NCBI GenBank assembly: GCA_016793045.1
Contig: JAEUKZ010000155.1
Coordinates: forward strand, 1-52,260
DNA length: 52,260 nucleotides
Source of the DNA: Alphaproteobacteria bacterium
Lineage (GTDB): Bacteria; Pseudomonadota; Alphaproteobacteria; CACIAM-22H2
Direction of reading: 5' to 3'
The notes below the pieces were generated by a model that saw only the letters and a program-made list of their open reading frames with translations, was not told the DNA's origin and did no database searches. Shown here piece after piece: positions 48,355-52,260 of this stretch. How positions within the stretch are numbered: position 1 is the first letter of the stretch; each line of letters opens with the position of its first letter. Position numbers and translations under genes: made by a program.

Positions 48355-49893
48355 ATGGATCTCATACTCAAGGGCCGCTACCTCATCGCCGATCCGCGCA
48401 GCGGGCCGTCCTCCATACAGGCCGACGCGGCCGTCGCGATCAAGGACGGGCTCATTGCAGAGGTCGGATCGGCGGCGGCGCTGATCGCCAGGCATCCCGG
48501 GACCCGCGTGCTGGGCAATGGCAGGCAGCTGCTGATGCCCGGGTTGATCGACGCGCATTCGCACGGCCGCGGCCTGTCGCCGATCCAGAAGGGCGTGCGC
48601 TACGACTTCCTGGAGAACAACCTGCTCGATTGGGCGCACATGGTCGTGCTGCCGCCGGAGCTCTGCGCCGCGGTCTGTGCGGTCAAGCATCTGCGCGCCG
48701 GTGCGACGACAATCCACCACTACGGTTTCAATGACGAAGGCCCGCAGGCTGTCGCGAACGCGGAAGCGGGGATCAAGGCATATCTCGGCACCGGCATCCG
48801 GCTTGCATATTCCCCGGGGGTACGGAACATCAACCGGATCACTCTCGACGACGCGGATTTCGTGCAGTCGTTGCCCGACAATCTGCGCAGCCGCGTGGCG
48901 CCGCTGGCGAACTACGATCCCGATGCGATCGAGGATGCGTATTTCGCGCTGTTCGACCATCTCCACGCGCGATTCAACAGCACCGACACCAGGATCATCC
49001 TCGGCCCGAGCTGGGCGCACGGTTCGACCGCCCGCTTCCTCAGAAACTGCAAGGCCCGGGCCGATGCGCTCGGCAAGATTCCCGTCCACGTTCACACGCT
49101 GCAGACGCCGCACCAGCGCGCCTACGGTGAATGGAAGTACGGCAAGTCGCTGGTCGCTATGCTCGACGACGTCGGGCTCGTCGACAGCAACCTCGTGCTC
49201 GGCCACGCGATCTACTCGACCGAGGCGGACATCGAGCGGCTGGGGGCCGCGCGCGCCACCGTGACGCACCACCCGAGCTGCAACTTCAACATGCGCAACG
49301 GCATCGCGCCGATCCCGCACATGATGGCGGCGGGGGTGACGATCGCGCTTGGTCTCGACGACAAGGGCATCAACGACGACGAGGACGCGATCATGGAGCT
49401 GCGCATGGTGCACAAGATGCACCGCCTCGCCGGCTACGATCTCGCCGCCACGCCGGCGATGGACGCGTTCGACGTGCTGCGCATCGGCACGGTCAACGGC
49501 GCGCGTGCGACCGGATTTGGCGACACGCTCGGGGCGCTCGTTCCGGGCATGAAGGCCGACGCCATCCTGGTCGACCTCGACGAGGTTCTCGAGGACCCCT
49601 GGTGGTCGGGCGACCTCGACATCGCGGAGATGTTCGTCCACCGCGCCAAGGGCCATCACGTGGCGAGCGTTGTCGTCGGCGGCAAGGTCGTGATCGAGGA
49701 TCGCCGATTCAAGACGATCGACGTCGAGGCGCTCTGGCGCGAGGTGCGCGCGGTCTGCGCGCGCGGACTGCCGCCGGCGCAGAAGGAGTACGCCGCGCTG
49801 ATGGACGCGATCAAACCGCATGCGCAGGCGTGGTACGCGCGATGGCAGAGGCCTTTCGGCGAACCCTATTATCGCGTCAACGCGCGCAACTGA
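48355..49893 (+). CDS. Metal-dependent amidohydrolase (AtzA/TrzN/deaminase-like subtype)
   Basis: PGLIDAHSH, HTLQ, GHA, HHPSCN, GLDD, GTVNGA and PGMKAD. Confidence 0.88.
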   Translation: MDLILKGRYLIADPRSGPSSIQADAAVAIKDGLIAEVGSAAALIARHPGTRVLGNGRQLLMPGLIDAHSHGRGLSPIQKGVRYDFLENNLLDWAHMVVLPPELCAAVCAVKHLRAGATTIHHYGFNDEGPQAVANAEAGIKAYLGTGIRLAYSPGVRNINRITLDDADFVQSLPDNLRSRVAPLANYDPDAIEDAYFALFDHLHARFNSTDTRIILGPSWAHGSTARFLRNCKARADALGKIPVHVHTLQTPHQRAYGEWKYGKSLVAMLDDVGLVDSNLVLGHAIYSTEADIERLGAARATVTHHPSCNFNMRNGIAPIPHMMAAGVTIALGLDDKGINDDEDAIMELRMVHKMHRLAGYDLAATPAMDAFDVLRIGTVNGARATGFGDTLGALVPGMKADAILVDLDEVLEDPWWSGDLDIAEMFVHRAKGHHVASVVVGGKVVIEDRRFKTIDVEALWREVRAVCARGLPPAQKEYAALMDAIKPHAQAWYARWQRPFGEPYYRVNARN

Positions 49894-49911
49894 GAGCGGA
49901 GCAGATCCAAG

Positions 49912-50865
49912 ATGGCACGGAATGTGACCGTAGCCGGCTGCCAGATGGGGCCGGTCAGCCGCAATGAAGGCCGGCAGGTTGTCGTCAAGCGCCTGATGGA
50001 CATGATGCGCGCGGCACACGCCAAAGGCGCGCGGCTCTGCGTGTTCCCGGAGACCGCGCTGACGACTTTCTTCCCGCGCTGGTACATGCCGGACTGGAAC
50101 GAGGTCGATACGTTCTTCGAGACGGAGATGCCCGGCCCGGCGACGCGCCCGCTCTTCGATCTCGCGGCCGAACTCGGGGTCGGCTTCTATCTCGGCTATG
50201 CCGAGAAGATCCAGGAGAACGGCGTCTGGCATCGCTACAACACCGCGATCCTGGTCGACCGCCAGGCGAAGATCGTCGGCAAGTACCGCAAGGTCCATCT
50301 TCCGGGCCATTCGGAGCTCGATCCCAAGCGGCCGTGGCAGCATCTCGAGAAGCGCTATTTCGAGGTCGGCAATCTCGGCTTTCCGACCTGGCGCCTGCAT
50401 GATCCCGAGCTCGGCAACGCCGTGATGGGAATGTGCATCTGCAACGACCGGCGCTGGCCGGAAACCTGGCGCGTCATGGGCCTGCGCGGCGTCGAGCTCG
50501 TGATGCTCGGCTACAACACGCCGTCATGGAACGCGCTCGGCGGCGGCGAGGATCCCAAGTTGCGCCTGTTCCACAACCAGCTCTCGCTGCAGGCCGGCTG
50601 CTACCAGAACGGCTGCTACGCCGTCGGCGTCGCGCGTGCAGGGCTGGAGGACGGCGTCGAGATGATGGCCGGCAGCTGCATCGTCGCGCCGTCGGGCGAG
50701 GTGATGGTCGAAACGAGGACGTCGGGCGACGAGGTGATCGCCGCGACGCTCGATCTGGACGTCTGCCAGTTCAACAAGTCGACGATCTTCAACTTCGCCG
50801 CCCATCGCCGAATCGAACACTACGGCATCATCACCAGCCAGACCGCGGCGACGCCGCCGGAGTGA
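49912..50865 (+). CDS. N-carbamoyl-D-amino acid amidohydrolase (nitrilase fold)
   Basis: FPETALTTFFPRW (Glu), YRKVHLPGH (Lys), HLEKRYF and ICNDRRWPE (Cys). Confidence 0.92.
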   Translation: MARNVTVAGCQMGPVSRNEGRQVVVKRLMDMMRAAHAKGARLCVFPETALTTFFPRWYMPDWNEVDTFFETEMPGPATRPLFDLAAELGVGFYLGYAEKIQENGVWHRYNTAILVDRQAKIVGKYRKVHLPGHSELDPKRPWQHLEKRYFEVGNLGFPTWRLHDPELGNAVMGMCICNDRRWPETWRVMGLRGVELVMLGYNTPSWNALGGGEDPKLRLFHNQLSLQAGCYQNGCYAVGVARAGLEDGVEMMAGSCIVAPSGEVMVETRTSGDEVIAATLDLDVCQFNKSTIFNFAAHRRIEHYGIITSQTAATPPE

Positions 50866-50870
50866 TCCGA

Positions 50871-51839
50871 ATGACCAGCCGCATCACCGAGACCGCGAAG
50901 GGCGTCTACATCATCGCAGCGACGCCGTTCACCGACTCCGGGACGCTTGATCTCGAATCGACCGACCGTATGGTGGATTTCTACCTCTCCTGCGGGGTCG
51001 ACGGGCTCACCATCCTCGGCGTGATGGGCGAGGCACCCAAGCTGTCGGCCGAGGAATCGACGGCATTCGCCGACCGGGTTCTGAAGCGCGTCGCCGGCAG
51101 GGTGCCGGTCATCGTCGGCGCGAGTGCGCCCGCCCTCGCCCCGATGCAGGCGCTCACGGCCAAGGTGATGGATCTCGGCGCCGCCGGCGTCATGGTCTCG
51201 CCGATGACCGGCTTGCGCACCGACGAGGCGACCGAGAATTACGTTGCCTCGGTCGTGAAGGCGCTCGGTGCCGACGTGCCGATCGTACTACAGGATTATC
51301 CGGCACTCTCCGCCGTCTACATGTCGGTGCCGCTGGTCGACCGGCTGTTCAAGACGTTCCCCAGCCTCAAGGTGCTCAAGCACGAGGACTGCCCGGGGCA
51401 TCGCAAGCTGACGCGGCTGCGCGCCAGCGAGGCGCGCGGCGAACGCAGGCGCATCTCCATCCTGGTCGGCAATTCCGCACTCTATCTGCCGCAGGAGCTG
51501 CGTCGCGGCGCCGACGGGGCCAACACCGGCTTTGCCTATCCGGAGATGCTCGTCCAAGTCTGCAAGCTGTTCTTCGCCGGTGATGCGGACGCGGCGGAGG
51601 ACCTCTACGACGCCTATCTGCCGCTCGTGCGGCACGAGCAGCAGCCCGGCGTCGGCCTCGCCATCCGCAAGGAGGTGTTGCGCCGCCGCGGCGTCATCGC
51701 TTCGGCGGCTTGCCGGGCTCCCGGCCCGTCACTGGATGCCGACGACCACAAGGAACTCGACGGCCTGGTACGCCGCCTCGATCGCAAGCTTGCCGATCTC
51801 GGCGAAGCATCGCAGCCTGCGCGGCGCGGGGCGAGGTAG
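50871..51839 (+). CDS. DapA/N-acetylneuraminate lyase-family aldolase
   Basis: ATPF, GVMGE, VLQDYP and LKHE (Schiff-base Lys). Confidence 0.85.
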   Translation: MTSRITETAKGVYIIAATPFTDSGTLDLESTDRMVDFYLSCGVDGLTILGVMGEAPKLSAEESTAFADRVLKRVAGRVPVIVGASAPALAPMQALTAKVMDLGAAGVMVSPMTGLRTDEATENYVASVVKALGADVPIVLQDYPALSAVYMSVPLVDRLFKTFPSLKVLKHEDCPGHRKLTRLRASEARGERRRISILVGNSALYLPQELRRGADGANTGFAYPEMLVQVCKLFFAGDADAAEDLYDAYLPLVRHEQQPGVGLAIRKEVLRRRGVIASAACRAPGPSLDADDHKELDGLVRRLDRKLADLGEASQPARRGAR

Positions 51840-51882
51840 GCTCGGCGTCGTCGACGTTCAGGGCCGGCAAGCGGGCTGCGCG

Positions 51883-52215
51883 CTACGCCTTCGCCAGTTC
51901 CCGCTTCAACTCCGCGGCCAGGAAGCCCGGTAGCGCTTCGGGCAGCACCTGCCGCGTCTCGTTGATGTGCAACGGCTCGTAGAGGCCGGCCCGGGTGTAG
52001 GGGTCTTCCGCCAGATAGCGGTCGAGCGCCGCACGGTCAGGCAGATCGAGGACCATCAGGCTGCCGACCATCCTGCCGGCGTCGTCGAGCAGCGCGCCGC
52101 CGTAGCGGAAAATCTCCGTCCGCGAACTGATGAATGCAAGATGCGCGGCACGGGTCCGTCGTCGCACCTCTGCGCCGTCGGGCTTGCGGTCGTAGCCGTG
52201 AATGACGAAAAGCAT
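51883..52215 (-). CDS. YciI-family protein
   Basis: RRRTRAAHL, GGALL, GSLMV and EDPY..AG. Confidence 0.85.
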   Translation of the reverse strand: MLFVIHGYDRKPDGAEVRRRTRAAHLAFISSRTEIFRYGGALLDDAGRMVGSLMVLDLPDRAALDRYLAEDPYTRAGLYEPLHINETRQVLPEALPGFLAAELKRELAKA

Positions 52216-52260
52216 GCGGTTGTCCTCTGCGGTTCGGCGGTGCCAGATCAACCAAGACTG

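Overview
Very GC-rich chromosomal segment of an alphaproteobacterium (gapR, DUF1244, DUF1127, DUF2905 and a PleC/DivJ-like kinase point to this class; no finer placement is supportable). About 55 densely packed housekeeping, transport and catabolic CDS: pyruvate kinase, glycerate kinase, MarR-EmrAB, ClpP, CioAB/CydAB oxidase, enoyl-CoA hydratase/3-hydroxyacyl-CoA dehydrogenase, and a racemase-hydantoinase-ABC importer-amidohydrolase-D-carbamoylase-aldolase cluster. I saw no rRNA, tRNA, CRISPR array, integrase or transposase. Best leads: (1) an apparent four-segment, leader-peptide attenuator plus a coupled 18-aa ORF in front of an ABC exporter (10131-10414); (2) the hydantoin-type cluster with an amidohydrolase carrying HxxQ in place of HxxE; (3) three head-to-tail DnaA-box-like 9-mers upstream of gapR; (4) a 67-aa His-rich Tat lipoprotein; (5) an ATP-grasp/GNAT/GT2 trio; (6) a LysR-DUF1127-hairpin-small ORF module. 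All family calls come from motif recognition by eye. No database search or RNA folding was run, and start codons were re-picked by eye from RBS and homology cues.
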